DNA from: Gammaproteobacteria bacterium
GTDB lineage: Bacteria > Pseudomonadota > Gammaproteobacteria > Francisellales > CACEW01
Direction: 5' to 3'
NCBI GenBank assembly: GCA_020050355.1
Contig: JAGVKT010000036.1
Coordinates: 67,115-128,668, forward strand
DNA: 61,554 nt
In this document: positions 18,279 through 28,918 of the stretch, piece after piece
How the letters are laid out: every line of letters begins with the position of its first letter
How positions within the stretch are numbered: position 1 is the first letter of the stretch
Made by a program: the position numbers and the translations under genes
The notes under the pieces: generated by a model
Database searches by the model: none
What the model was told of the DNA's origin: nothing
Seen by the model: only the letters and a program-made list of their open reading frames with translations

Positions 18279-19568
18279 ATGATCAATAATAATTTAATAC
18301 CTTTAGCAGAACGCTTACGCCCTAAAAAGTTGGCAGAGGTGATTGGCCAAGCACATTTATTAAGCCCAGAAAAACCATTATATGAAGCAGTTGTACAACA
18401 ATATTTGCCGTCACTAATTTTATGGGGGCCTCCTGGCGTGGGCAAAACAACCATCGCAGAAATTTTGGCCGAAAGCATCGGAGCACATTTTGTAAAGCTT
18501 TCAGCTATTTTAAGCGGCGTTAAAGAAGTGCGAGAAATATTATCTGAGGCTGAACGTCTACAGGCGTTAAATACAAAAGTGGTTTTATTTGTAGATGAGA
18601 TTCATCGTTTCAATAAAGCACAACAAGATGCTTTTTTACATCATTTAGAAAAAGGTATTATTATTTTAATTGGCGCTACCACTGAAAATCCTTCATTTGA
18701 ATTAAATTCAGCATTATTATCAAGGATGCAGGTGTACGTATTAAATCCATTAACGCATGAAGAATTAGATCTTTTATTTATGCGAGCAAGTACACAATTT
18801 GAAGAGTATAGTTTTGATACAGATAGTAAAGCTACCTTGATTGCCATGGCTGATGGCGATGGTCGACGTCTATTAAACCTTATAGAATTAATAATCGAAG
18901 CGGCGCGTGCTAAAAACATAAAAACAATCCATACGGATTTTTTACAAAAACTTTTACCGCAACAATTGCGACGCTTTGATAAAGGCGGTGAGGTTTTTTA
19001 TGATCAAATTTCAGCGCTCCATAAAGCAGTACGTGGCTCAGATCCAAATGCTGCCCTTTATTGGTTCTGCCGTATGCTCGATGGTGGCATTGATACTCAA
19101 TATTTAGCACGAAGAATTATTCGCATGGCGTGGGAAGATATTGGACTTGCGGATCCTCGAGCCATCGAATTAGCAATGCATGCCGCCGCCACCTACGAGC
19201 GCCTAGGTGCTCCAGAGGGTGAATTAGCATTAGCAGAAGCGATCATTTATTTAGCAATCGCCGCTAAGAGTAATGCCGCTTATCAAGCTTTTAATGCAGC
19301 AAAAGCCTTGGTAAAAAAAGATCAATCTCGTCCCGTACCCTTACATTTAAGAAATGCGCCTACAGCGCTCATGAAGAATTTAGGATATGGTAAAGATTAT
19401 CGTTATGCACACAATGAGACACATCATTATGCTGCCGGTGAAAACTATTGGCCGGAGGGTTTAGCAAAGCAAGCGTGGTATCAACCTACGGATCAAGGTT
19501 TAGAACAAAAAATCGCTGAGAAATTGGCGTTGTTAGCAAAATTAGACAAAGAGGCAAATGGTGAGTAA
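18279..19568 (+). CDS. rarA: Replication-associated recombination protein A
   Basis: PLAERLRP, WGPPGVGKTT, DEIHRFNKAQQD, ATTENP, EDIGLADP, PLHLRNAPT. Confidence 0.96.
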   Translation: MINNNLIPLAERLRPKKLAEVIGQAHLLSPEKPLYEAVVQQYLPSLILWGPPGVGKTTIAEILAESIGAHFVKLSAILSGVKEVREILSEAERLQALNTKVVLFVDEIHRFNKAQQDAFLHHLEKGIIILIGATTENPSFELNSALLSRMQVYVLNPLTHEELDLLFMRASTQFEEYSFDTDSKATLIAMADGDGRRLLNLIELIIEAARAKNIKTIHTDFLQKLLPQQLRRFDKGGEVFYDQISALHKAVRGSDPNAALYWFCRMLDGGIDTQYLARRIIRMAWEDIGLADPRAIELAMHAAATYERLGAPEGELALAEAIIYLAIAAKSNAAYQAFNAAKALVKKDQSRPVPLHLRNAPTALMKNLGYGKDYRYAHNETHHYAAGENYWPEGLAKQAWYQPTDQGLEQKIAEKLALLAKLDKEANGE

Positions 19569-21039
19569 AAAATATATTATTGCACTTGACCAAGGAACCA
19601 CAAGCACACGCGCCCTATTATTTGATAAAAATTTACAAGAGTTAGCAAGCACACAAAAAACTTTTGAACAGTTTTATCCGGAAAATGGCTGGGTAGAACA
19701 TGATCCAGAAATGATTTGGCACGACAGCCTCACCGTCATTAATGAATTGCTTGAAAAAACTAAAATTGACAAAAATGCTATTGCCGCCCTAGGGCTTACC
19801 AATCAACGCGAGACCACAGTTTTATGGGATCAAGAAACTGGCGAAGTGGTTTATCGCGCTATTGTTTGGCAAGATCGTCGGGGCACAGCATTAATGGAGG
19901 ATTTAAAAAGCAAGGGGCTGGAGCCATGGATAAAAGCTAAAACAGGCTTGCTTGCTGATGCTTATTTTTGTGCAAGTAAAATCCATTGGGTTTTACAAAA
20001 TATTCCTCGTGCAAAACAATTAATGCAGCAAAAACGTTTGCGCTTTGGTACGATCGATGCCTTTTTAATTTGGCGCTTTACCGCCGGCCAAGTACATGCC
20101 ACAGATATTACCAATGCTTCGCGTACTTTGCTATTTAATATTGCACAACAAACTTGGGATCATGAGTTATTAGAATTATTTAAAATCGATCAAAGTATTT
20201 TACCCATTGTAAAAGATTGCGCTGCTGATTTTGGTGTCATCGATCATCAATATTTTGGAATTGAAATTCCCATTCGCGGTGTTGCAGGTGATCAACAAGC
20301 AGCGGCTATAGGGCAGTGCTGTTTTGAAAAAGGCATGGCAAAGTGCACTTATGGAACAGGGGCTTTTTTACTACAAAATACCGGCAATGAAATTATTGCG
20401 TCAAAGCAATTGATCAGCACAATTTTATACCGCATTCAAAATCAAATAGCTTATGCACTTGAAGGCAGTATTTTTATTGCTGGTGCAGCGATTCAGTGGT
20501 TACGCGATCAACTACATTTTTTTAAAAATACCGATGAAATAGAAAATTTAATGACCCAGCTATCCGATAACGGTGGTGTTTATTTTGTTACAGCATTAAC
20601 TGGGCTCGGAGCGCCTTATTGGAAACCTCATGCGCGCGGTGCAATCTTAGGGCTTACTCGCGATACACACGCCGCGCATATTACACGCGCAGCACTTGAG
20701 GCCGTATGCTACCAAACTCGAGCATTGCTCGCTGCCATGGTAGATGAAGGTGCTACAAGTTGTCAGCATTTACGCATTGATGGTGGTATGACTGCAAATA
20801 ATTGGTTATGCCAATTCCTGGCCGAACAACTACGAATTCCTGTAGAGCGTCCAAAGATAATTGAAACTACCGCGCTTGGGGCTGCCTTGCTCGCAGGCCT
20901 AGGAGTAGGGTGGTGGCCCGATATTGCAAGCGTGCAAAAACTCTATCATTCCGACCGAATTTTTACTGCAAAAAACTTGCCAAATTATGCTGATGAGCTG
21001 TATAATAACTGGCAAAAATCCGTCGAAAAAATTGTCTAG
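19558..21039 (+). CDS. glpK: Glycerol kinase
   Basis: DQGTTS, TNQRETT, AIVWQDRR, GDQQAA, TYGTG, GLGAPYW. Confidence 0.95.
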   Translation: MVSKKYIIALDQGTTSTRALLFDKNLQELASTQKTFEQFYPENGWVEHDPEMIWHDSLTVINELLEKTKIDKNAIAALGLTNQRETTVLWDQETGEVVYRAIVWQDRRGTALMEDLKSKGLEPWIKAKTGLLADAYFCASKIHWVLQNIPRAKQLMQQKRLRFGTIDAFLIWRFTAGQVHATDITNASRTLLFNIAQQTWDHELLELFKIDQSILPIVKDCAADFGVIDHQYFGIEIPIRGVAGDQQAAAIGQCCFEKGMAKCTYGTGAFLLQNTGNEIIASKQLISTILYRIQNQIAYALEGSIFIAGAAIQWLRDQLHFFKNTDEIENLMTQLSDNGGVYFVTALTGLGAPYWKPHARGAILGLTRDTHAAHITRAALEAVCYQTRALLAAMVDEGATSCQHLRIDGGMTANNWLCQFLAEQLRIPVERPKIIETTALGAALLAGLGVGWWPDIASVQKLYHSDRIFTAKNLPNYADELYNNWQKSVEKIV

Positions 21040-21047
21040 GAGTGTTG

Positions 21048-21788
21048 ATGAAGGATTACGCAAAGTTTGCAGGTACAGCGCGAGAAGAGCGTGTTGTGGA
21101 GCGAACAGCGCCACAACCAAAAGCCAATTTAATTCATAGCGCCAAAGAACTGCAAACAAAGGAAGGCCAAGAGAATAAAAATATTTTCAGTATTTTTTTA
21201 ATTTTATTTATTCTTGCTGCCGTAGGATATGGCATCATCCATCAATATTTTTCAAATCATCATTTTGCAGGCACACATGCCAGAACAAGCAGTGGGATGC
21301 AAGCTAGAAATAATAACGCAACAGGCGCTCAAGATAACGTCCCACAATTTGATTTTTATACCGTACTACCCAAAGGAGCTACTGCAAACGACCAGGCAAC
21401 CGCCGCCACCCCTAACGCAGCAGCGAACAATAATACATCAACTTCATCTGCAGCTACATCAGCTGCCCAGGCTGCACCAAGCGCCCAAGTATCTGTACCT
21501 GTACCGCCCCCAAAACCACAAGCACCAGTAACTACAATTAATGTTTCTGCAAATAATGCTGCTAAATATTATTTGAATGTCGGAGATTATACGACTGACA
21601 GCGACGCGCAGCAGATGCTTTCACAGCTCTTGCTTTTAGGCGTTCCTGCTTCAGTAGCCTTAAAACAGAATAATAATAATACTGCATATGAAGTGATCGT
21701 GGGGCCTTTTGCCGATCAAGATGCTATGAGTGTAGTTAAAAATCAATTGAGCTCACATCAAATCAATACTACGGTCATTCAACAATAA
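21048..21788 (+). CDS. SPOR-domain cell division protein (FtsN-like)
   Basis: MKDYA N-terminus, one TM, FDFYTVLP motif, low-complexity linker, C-terminal SPOR (VIVGPF). Confidence 0.75.
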   Translation: MKDYAKFAGTAREERVVERTAPQPKANLIHSAKELQTKEGQENKNIFSIFLILFILAAVGYGIIHQYFSNHHFAGTHARTSSGMQARNNNATGAQDNVPQFDFYTVLPKGATANDQATAATPNAAANNNTSTSSAATSAAQAAPSAQVSVPVPPPKPQAPVTTINVSANNAAKYYLNVGDYTTDSDAQQMLSQLLLLGVPASVALKQNNNNTAYEVIVGPFADQDAMSVVKNQLSSHQINTTVIQQ

Positions 21789-21821
21789 CAACGCACTTGA
21801 AGATACACATTTTGAAACATA

Positions 21822-23909
21822 TTAAGCATTAATAAATTGTGTTTTAGTTCCAAACCATCGTGCTATTAAAGCGCTTACAGATTCTGGATGGTGTATTTGC
21901 ATGAAATGAGCAGTCTCATTAACGGTTTTAAGCATGGGTGCATTTCTCATTAACGAAGCTAAGCGAAAATTCACCCCCCCCGTTTGTCGCGTACCTAAAA
22001 ACTCTCCAGGCCCACGAATACGTAAATCTTCTTCCGCTAAATAAAAACCATCATGATGATCGCGCATAAGTAACAAGCGTTGATAACTGGTTTTTCCCAT
22101 AGGCGCTTGATAAAGCAACACACAATAACTTTCTTCCGTGCCGCGACCTACCCTGCCACGCAATTGATGCAATTGTGACAAGCCCATGCGCTCAGGGTTT
22201 TCAATGACCATAATCGAAGCATTAGGTACATCGACACCTACTTCTATGACGGTGGTAGCAACCAATAAATCTAATTGATGCGCTTTAAACGCTGCCATAA
22301 TTTTAGATTTTTCTGCTGTTTTCATGCGTCCATGTATTAAACCAATAGCAAGGTGAGGCAGCTCTTTTACTAAACGTTGGTAGGTCACTTCTGCAGCTTC
22401 CAAATCAGTAACTTCTGAGGCCTCAATGAGTGGGCAAACCCAATAGACTTGCTTTTTTTGTTCACAAGCTTTAGCGATGCGCGCAATTAGGGCATCACGT
22501 TTTTCTTGGCTAAGCAATGAGGTTTGAATAGGCTTGCGTCCTGACGGAAGCTCATCGATAGTCGAAATAGCTAGATCTGCATAAATAGACATTGCTAAAG
22601 TTCGAGGAATAGGCGTTGCAGTCATAATTAATTGATGCGGCATAAGCCCAGAAACAGCGCCTTTTTGTTGTAAACTTAAGCGCTGACTAACGCCAAACCG
22701 GTGTTGCTCATCAATGATCACTAGGCCTAAATTTTTAAAAATAACATCTTTTTGAATTAAAGCATGCGTGCCAATCACTATGTCATAAGCGCCATTTTTA
22801 ATCTGTTCATAAATTAACTTTTTATTCTTAGCTGTTAATTTTCCGGTCAGATAAGCAACTTGAATTCCAAGTCGTTCAAATAGCGCAAACGTTTTAAGAT
22901 AATGTTGTTCTGCCAAAATTTCGGTAGGCGCCATAAAAGCGACTTGATATTTTTGACCAATAGCCAATAGAGCACTTAGCTGGGCAACTAGAGTTTTTCC
23001 CGCACCAACATCTCCTTGTAATAAGCGCAGCATAGGTCTAGTCACCGCCAAGTCTTGCTTGATTTCATTAAAACAACGCCATTGTGCTTGTGTGGGCTTA
23101 AAAGCTAACAAATTTAAAAAATTATCTACTAAGTCATCCATGCTAACAATATTTGGTGCCAAAGTGGTGTTCGTTTGCTGCTGCTTCAGCGCCAATCGAT
23201 GCGCTAATAATTCTTCAAAACTTAAACGCTCTTGTAATGGATGGCGCATGTCGTTCAAAGATGCTAAAACTTCAGCCGTGGTAGGTTGATGTAAGAAAAT
23301 TAAAGCCGCATTAATATCAGCCCAATTAAATTTTTCTAATATTTTTAAAGGCAAAAGTTCCGGCAACGGTTGTTGCTGAAGATGCTTAATTGCCTGTGCA
23401 ATAAATTGTCTTATTTTTTGGTTATTGAGTCCTTCTGTCAGAGGATAAATAGGTTCTATGTGCGCGGTAGCCGGTATTGATAGCTCCGTATTTAATAAAG
23501 GTTCTTCAATAAGTTCGATCCGTGGATGAATCATTTCCGCATAACCAAAATTTTTACGAACATCGCCAGTCACACGCACCCAGTGGCCAGGACTTAAAAT
23601 TTTTTGTTGATTAGGATAAAAATGAAAAAATTTTAAAAGCAAATTTTCACCTTGGCAATCTAGCATTGCAGTTAACATGCGCTTACGACGTTCTTGTACA
23701 ATTTGTTCAAGAACTTTTCCTGTGACTATAGTTTTATCGCCCGGCTCCAAATGCGTGAGTAGGTTACCAACTTTATGCATTTGATAAAGGCGTGGCATAA
23801 ATAATAATAAATCAAATAGCGTATAAATTTCGAGCTTAGCAAGGCGCTCAACATAAGCAGGACCAATACCTGCAATGTGACTAACAGAAAAATTATAAAC
23901 ACTATTCAT
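21822..23909 (-). CDS. recG: ATP-dependent DNA helicase RecG
   Basis: LQGDVGAGKT, DEQHRFG, TATPIPRTL, QLHQLRGRVGRG. Confidence 0.97.
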   Translation of the reverse strand: MNSVYNFSVSHIAGIGPAYVERLAKLEIYTLFDLLLFMPRLYQMHKVGNLLTHLEPGDKTIVTGKVLEQIVQERRKRMLTAMLDCQGENLLLKFFHFYPNQQKILSPGHWVRVTGDVRKNFGYAEMIHPRIELIEEPLLNTELSIPATAHIEPIYPLTEGLNNQKIRQFIAQAIKHLQQQPLPELLPLKILEKFNWADINAALIFLHQPTTAEVLASLNDMRHPLQERLSFEELLAHRLALKQQQTNTTLAPNIVSMDDLVDNFLNLLAFKPTQAQWRCFNEIKQDLAVTRPMLRLLQGDVGAGKTLVAQLSALLAIGQKYQVAFMAPTEILAEQHYLKTFALFERLGIQVAYLTGKLTAKNKKLIYEQIKNGAYDIVIGTHALIQKDVIFKNLGLVIIDEQHRFGVSQRLSLQQKGAVSGLMPHQLIMTATPIPRTLAMSIYADLAISTIDELPSGRKPIQTSLLSQEKRDALIARIAKACEQKKQVYWVCPLIEASEVTDLEAAEVTYQRLVKELPHLAIGLIHGRMKTAEKSKIMAAFKAHQLDLLVATTVIEVGVDVPNASIMVIENPERMGLSQLHQLRGRVGRGTEESYCVLLYQAPMGKTSYQRLLLMRDHHDGFYLAEEDLRIRGPGEFLGTRQTGGVNFRLASLMRNAPMLKTVNETAHFMQIHHPESVSALIARWFGTKTQFINA

Positions 23910-23958
23910 AGTTTGCTAGAGTTAAGCTAACTGCCTTTAAGTGGCCATTGTACTTTAA

Positions 23959-23976
23959 GGGCATCTCGAAAAATAG
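23959..23976 (+). repeat. Short dispersed repeat; 17/18 identical to the reverse complement of 9052-9069
   Basis: GGGCATCTCGAAAAATAG vs GGGCATCTTGAAAAATAG. Confidence 0.5.
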
Positions 23977-24076
23977 ATGCTTTTGTCTTCAAATTGGTTC
24001 AATTGATTTGAGGCCCAAGTGTGCATGGAGTGATGGGATTGAGAAAATCAGAAGTAAGAGGGATATAAAAAGAGCT

Positions 24077-24307
24077 TTATTTAAAAAGCGCACTCACTTT
24101 TGAAAAAGCAAGTTCTGCAAGGGTATTGTCATTTTTGAGCATATTTTGATCGCGCTCTAAGCTCCTTGCTAAACGTAAAGCAATTTCTATACCGATAGAG
24201 CGGCCATTTTCCTCGCTCCGCAAAACTAGGTCCTTAATAATTTCTGCAGGAAGCTGAATACTTAATGTCGGATCACAGGTGGTCACAGGAATTCTATAGC
24301 TTTTCAT
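24077..24307 (-). CDS. Arc/TraY-like ribbon-helix-helix DNA-binding protein
   Basis: LSIQLP.E....L...EENGRSI..EI..RL..SL pattern. Confidence 0.7.
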   Translation of the reverse strand: MKSYRIPVTTCDPTLSIQLPAEIIKDLVLRSEENGRSIGIEIALRLARSLERDQNMLKNDNTLAELAFSKVSALFK

Positions 24308-24525
24308 GGTTAACCTTTTAGTAATTTGTTTTCAACTTTAAATTTACGCCTTTAGAAACACGCTCGCAAGCGTATTTAAAGAAATAATTAACAGGCTAAA
24401 ATAGCCTGCTAAAAATGTTAACTAATTAATAATATTATTCATCATAGTTCAAAAACAGCTGTTAAAAAACAATGTTTTGAAGTACGATGGACACAGCATT
24501 AATTCTAGCTTTAGATGACAGTACA

Positions 24526-25893
24526 ATGAAACATCTTCATTTCCTAGGCATCTGCGGGACCTTCATGGGCAGCTTAGCAGTGCTTGCACGGGCTTTAGGC
24601 TTCAAGGTAACAGGGTCTGACATTAATATTTACCCTCCAATGAGCACCTACTTAGCAATGCAGGGTATAGAAATTATCAATGGCTACGATGCAGATCAAT
24701 TATCAAACAAATTTGATGTGATCATTGTTGGCAACACCATGAGTCGAGGTATGCCTATTATTGAAGCTCTGTTAAATAAACAACTAAGTTTCCTTTCAGG
24801 CCCAGATTTTTTATATCAATATATTTTAAAAACTCGCTGGGTCCTAGCAGTGACAGGTACACACGGAAAAACGACTACTGCCAGCATGTTAGCGTGGATT
24901 TTAGATTATGCTGGATTAGCGCCTGGTTTTTTGATCGGCGGATTACCACAAAATTTTGGAATTTCTTCAAGACTTGGTCAAAGCAATTTTTTTGTAATTG
25001 AAGGCGACGAATACGATACTGCTTTTTTTGATAAACGTTCTAAATTTTTACATTATTGGCCTAAAACTCTGATCATGAATAATTTAGAATTGGACCATGT
25101 CGATATTTTTGAAAATTTAGCAGCCATCCAAAAACAATTTCAGCATTTAATACGATTGATTCCAAACGAAGGGCAAATTATAGTAAACGCAGAAGAGCCG
25201 AATCTTATTGAAGTACTAAAAAAAGGAATATGGTCGCCACAAGTCAGTTTTGGAGAAAAACACGGTGACTATACGCTAAAATTTTTAAATACAGATTTCA
25301 GTACATTTGAAGTATTTTTTCAAAAAACTAAAATTGCAGAAATAGCCTGGGATTTAATAGGAAAACACAATGCCCTTAATGCCCTCGCAGCCATTATCGC
25401 TGCTAAACATGTTGGTGTTGCTCCAAGGGTGAGTGCTGAGGCATTAACACATTTTAAGAGTGTTAAGCGGCGCATGGAAATACGCGGAGAAATTGCAGGA
25501 ATTAAAGTATATGATGATTTTGCTCATCATCCTACCGCGATCAAAACAACCATTGAAGGCCTACGCAAAAAAGTAGGCCACGAACGAATCCTAGCCATTT
25601 TAGAACCACGCTCCAATAGCATGAAGCTAGGTCAATTTCAGAATGAATTATGTAGTGCAATGCAAGAAGCCGATCATATTTATATTTATGATTCAGCAAA
25701 TTTTAACTGGCTAAATCATAACACTTTCGAAAAAAGCATTAAACCCGTAGAAATTATTAATGATTTAAATGCGTTAGTGGATCTGATTGTAACGCATACC
25801 CGAGTGCGCGATCATCTATTAATCATGAGCAACGGTAGTTTTAGTGGAATTCATGAAAAATTAATAAATAAGCTAAGCAAACCTAACTACTAA
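24526..25893 (+). CDS. mpl: Murein peptide ligase Mpl
   Basis: HFLGICGTFMG, YPPMS, GTHGKTTT, DEYDTAFFDKRSKF, DDFAHHPTA, EPRSN. Confidence 0.95.
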   Translation: MKHLHFLGICGTFMGSLAVLARALGFKVTGSDINIYPPMSTYLAMQGIEIINGYDADQLSNKFDVIIVGNTMSRGMPIIEALLNKQLSFLSGPDFLYQYILKTRWVLAVTGTHGKTTTASMLAWILDYAGLAPGFLIGGLPQNFGISSRLGQSNFFVIEGDEYDTAFFDKRSKFLHYWPKTLIMNNLELDHVDIFENLAAIQKQFQHLIRLIPNEGQIIVNAEEPNLIEVLKKGIWSPQVSFGEKHGDYTLKFLNTDFSTFEVFFQKTKIAEIAWDLIGKHNALNALAAIIAAKHVGVAPRVSAEALTHFKSVKRRMEIRGEIAGIKVYDDFAHHPTAIKTTIEGLRKKVGHERILAILEPRSNSMKLGQFQNELCSAMQEADHIYIYDSANFNWLNHNTFEKSIKPVEIINDLNALVDLIVTHTRVRDHLLIMSNGSFSGIHEKLINKLSKPNY

Positions 25894-26305
25894 GCCAGGT
25901 TTCAATAAGTAATGCTGCTGCAAAAGCATCTACTTTTTGACCTCGCTTCATGCTCGTCTGCCCACGAATGTGCATAAATTCATTTTTAGCTGCAAAAGTA
26001 CTCAAGCGCTCATCTACACGTAATACTGAAAGCTGAAAGCGCTGCTCTAATTCTTGCGCAAAAATTTCCGCTCGTTTTGCCATAGGCGAGATGCTATCAT
26101 CCATATTAAACGGAATACCTACCAATAAAACATCAGGGCGCCAAGTATTAATAAGCGCAGCAACTTCAGACCAAATAGGAACCCCTTCTTGCGCTAGTAA
26201 GGTAGTTACAGGCGAAGCCGTACCAGTAAATTTTTGCCCAACAGCAACTCCAATTCTGCGTAAACCAAAATCAAAACCTAGAATTTTTGCAATATTAGAA
26301 CTCAT
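25883..26305 (-). CDS. ruvX: YqgF/RuvX pre-16S rRNA nuclease
   Basis: LGFDFG..RIGVAVG, VGIP, VDERLST, VDAFAA. Confidence 0.93.
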   Translation of the reverse strand: MSSNIAKILGFDFGLRRIGVAVGQKFTGTASPVTTLLAQEGVPIWSEVAALINTWRPDVLLVGIPFNMDDSISPMAKRAEIFAQELEQRFQLSVLRVDERLSTFAAKNEFMHIRGQTSMKRGQKVDAFAAALLIETWLSS

Positions 26306-27318
26306 GATTCAATTAAACCTTGACGGGTAAAATGATCTATAATCTGAAAATGATCATCATGCAGCCGAGCTGCAAGTTCAGGCAATTGCTCTAAGGGCAC
26401 CCAAAAAGCATGGGCTGCATCATCTTGACCAGATACTGCCGGGAGCGTTGAGACCTGCAAATTAAATAAACCCACATGGCTCACCACGCGACCAATTTGC
26501 GACCTTCCTGGATAATCAAAAACTCGAATTTGACGTAATGCCTTCTTTAATTCTATAAGTGTACCCTGAATATTTGTTTCTTCTAATAATTCTCTCATTA
26601 GTCCTTGCTCAATCCATTCACCAGGTTCTAAAAAACCCCCTGGCAAAGCAAGCAGGCCTTTACCTGGTGCATGTTTGCGCTCAACAAGCAATAAATGTTT
26701 TTTACAAATTACCACCGCATCAGTAGTAACAAAAATAGGCGGGTAGGGGGTGTTTTGCCAACTATTTTTATAAGTTTGAATAAATTGCGCTTCAGCACAT
26801 AGCCAGGCATAGCCAGGTGTTTTTTTAAATTGCATTAAAAATTCCTGAGTGGGAATAGAAAAATTTATAGCGTCTATTTTTCCTGTTAATAAATATTCAA
26901 GGCGTAATGGCGTTGCACTAATATTTTCGTAATTATCAAATTCAAGATAAGACCATTGGGGAAATTCTTGTAAATAATAGCTCGAAACATCTTTAGTATG
27001 GCCACATAAAGTAATTTGAATAGCTTCTGAAAGAGCTTGGCTGACAACTGCTCGAACCAGTTTACACCAATAGGCTTCATCATAAAAAACATCAGGAACA
27101 GCAACAATATGAATACGATCTTTATAAGCAACAAGGTTTTCTTGTAAAAGATAAATTCGTTCATCAACAGTAAAGGGGTTAACAATAGAGCGAGCACGAT
27201 CGGCCGAGCCTAGCACGATAACCAAATGTTCAAAAAGAGACAATGCTTTTCTGATTAAATAATGATGTCCCTGATGAAAGGGTTGAAAGCGACCAATAAT
27301 GACCCCTGCAGTAGGCAT
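26302..27318 (-). CDS. nadM: Bifunctional NMN adenylyltransferase / Nudix hydrolase (NadM-Nudix)
   Basis: GRFQPFHQGH, NPFT..ER, ISAT; PYPPIFVTTDAVV and Nudix box GGFLEPGE......RELLEET. Confidence 0.9.
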   Translation of the reverse strand: MPTAGVIIGRFQPFHQGHHYLIRKALSLFEHLVIVLGSADRARSIVNPFTVDERIYLLQENLVAYKDRIHIVAVPDVFYDEAYWCKLVRAVVSQALSEAIQITLCGHTKDVSSYYLQEFPQWSYLEFDNYENISATPLRLEYLLTGKIDAINFSIPTQEFLMQFKKTPGYAWLCAEAQFIQTYKNSWQNTPYPPIFVTTDAVVICKKHLLLVERKHAPGKGLLALPGGFLEPGEWIEQGLMRELLEETNIQGTLIELKKALRQIRVFDYPGRSQIGRVVSHVGLFNLQVSTLPAVSGQDDAAHAFWVPLEQLPELAARLHDDHFQIIDHFTRQGLIES

Positions 27319-27382
27319 TTTTACATTGCGTCCAAGTATGTTTTTCAATATTATATCCGTAAACTATTATACAGCCTAATAG

Positions 27383-28126
27383 ATGAATAATGAACATATT
27401 TTAATCATCGATGACGAAGCCGGGATTCGGCAATTAGTAAAAATATTTCTTGAGCGCCATCATTACGTAGTTTTAGAGGCAAGCACCGGCAAAGAAGGCT
27501 TAGAAATATTCATTCAAGAAAAAATTGATTTAGTAGTCTTAGACCTGATGTTACCCGATGCTTATGGCATCGATATTTGTAAAAAGATCCGCGAGCAATC
27601 CGAAGTGCCTATCATCATGCTTACTGCTGTACAGGGCGAAACCAATATCGTTCTAGGTTTTGAAGCAGGCGCTGACGATTACGTTGAAAAACCTTTTAGC
27701 CCACATGTTTTGCTATCGCGCATTCAAGCCGTATTAAAACGCCGCCGCGCAGTAGAAAAAAAAGAAATTCCTGAGGCAGGAGAAGATCATACTCCCGGAA
27801 AAGTAACTTATCAAAAAGCCGTCTTAGGTCAATGGATTTATTTTCCAGCCGAAAAATGCGTAAAACATTTAAGTGGCAAAATGGTCTTTCTCACAAAAAA
27901 CGAATGTTTGTTATTAGAATTTTTTATTAAACATGAACAAGAAATTTTAAATCGTGATCGTATTAGTATGTTATTACGACTTGATATTGATGATCCTGAA
28001 AGTCGTGCTATTGATGTGCAAATTTCTCGCTTACGCAATAAATTAAAAGATAAAAGTAATAATAATTTAATTAAAGCAATTCGTAATAAGGGCTACCTTT
28101 TATCAGTGCCTGTACGCTTAAGCTAG
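27383..28126 (+). CDS. OmpR/PhoB-family response regulator (orphan in this window)
   Basis: IIDDE, LDLMLP, MLTA, GADDYVEKPF; winged helix RAIDVQISRLRNKL, IR.KGY. Confidence 0.92.
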   Translation: MNNEHILIIDDEAGIRQLVKIFLERHHYVVLEASTGKEGLEIFIQEKIDLVVLDLMLPDAYGIDICKKIREQSEVPIIMLTAVQGETNIVLGFEAGADDYVEKPFSPHVLLSRIQAVLKRRRAVEKKEIPEAGEDHTPGKVTYQKAVLGQWIYFPAEKCVKHLSGKMVFLTKNECLLLEFFIKHEQEILNRDRISMLLRLDIDDPESRAIDVQISRLRNKLKDKSNNNLIKAIRNKGYLLSVPVRLS

Positions 28127-28133
28127 GGAACTT

Positions 28134-28913
28134 ATGACTTATTTGATAGATTCGCATTGCCATCTTGATCGCTTAGATCTCAATGCTTTTGGTGGTTCAT
28201 TAACAACTTTATTAAAAGAAGCTGAAAAATTCGATGTAAAACGCGTGCTCTGTGTTGGTGTCGATCTTGAAAATTCCAAGACTGTTAAAGAAATTGCGCA
28301 GCAATTTACCAATGTTTATGCAAGTGTAGGTCTGCACCCATCAGAAGATAAAGGCGAAGAAGCTACAGTTGAGCGCTTAATTGATTTAGGCACTGATCCT
28401 AAAGTGGTTGCGATTGGTGAAACAGGCTTGGATTATCATTATGAATATACCTCGCAAGAGCTGCAACAAGAGCGCTTTGTAATCCATATTAAAGCGGCAC
28501 AAGCCCTCAAGAAACCGCTGATCATTCACACCAGAAAAGCTGAAGATGACACTTTAACCCTATTAAAAAAACACCAGGTGCACGCAGGTGTTTTTCATTG
28601 CTTCACCGAAAGCTATGAAATGGCTAGCGCAGGCTTAGATTTAGGTTTATATATTTCTTTTTCAGGAATCATCACTTTCAAAAATGCTGAGGCCCTAAGA
28701 ATGGTTGTTAAAAAAATTCCACTTGAACGAATTTTAGTTGAAACCGATGCTCCTTATCTCACACCTGTGCCTTATCGAGGCAAGGCAAATTTCCCAGGTT
28801 ATACGCGCCTAGTAGCCGAGTGCATTGCCGGCTTAAAGGGTATAAAATATGAAGAAGTCGCAGAAATTACCACACATAATTTCATAAACTTATTTAAATT
28901 AGAGGGGACATGA
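28134..28913 (+). CDS. TatD-family deoxyribonuclease (YcfH-like)
   Basis: DSHCHL, GLHP, AIGETGLDY, IIHTR, FHCF, ETDAPYL. Confidence 0.93.
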   Translation: MTYLIDSHCHLDRLDLNAFGGSLTTLLKEAEKFDVKRVLCVGVDLENSKTVKEIAQQFTNVYASVGLHPSEDKGEEATVERLIDLGTDPKVVAIGETGLDYHYEYTSQELQQERFVIHIKAAQALKKPLIIHTRKAEDDTLTLLKKHQVHAGVFHCFTESYEMASAGLDLGLYISFSGIITFKNAEALRMVVKKIPLERILVETDAPYLTPVPYRGKANFPGYTRLVAECIAGLKGIKYEEVAEITTHNFINLFKLEGT

Positions 28914-28918
28914 TACTC

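Noticed and set aside
21790-21820. Possible collapsed remnant of the ERIC-like family between the SPOR gene and recG
   Set aside because: Similarity (ACGCACTTGAAGAT, CATTTTGAAA) is short and lacks the TATACC termini
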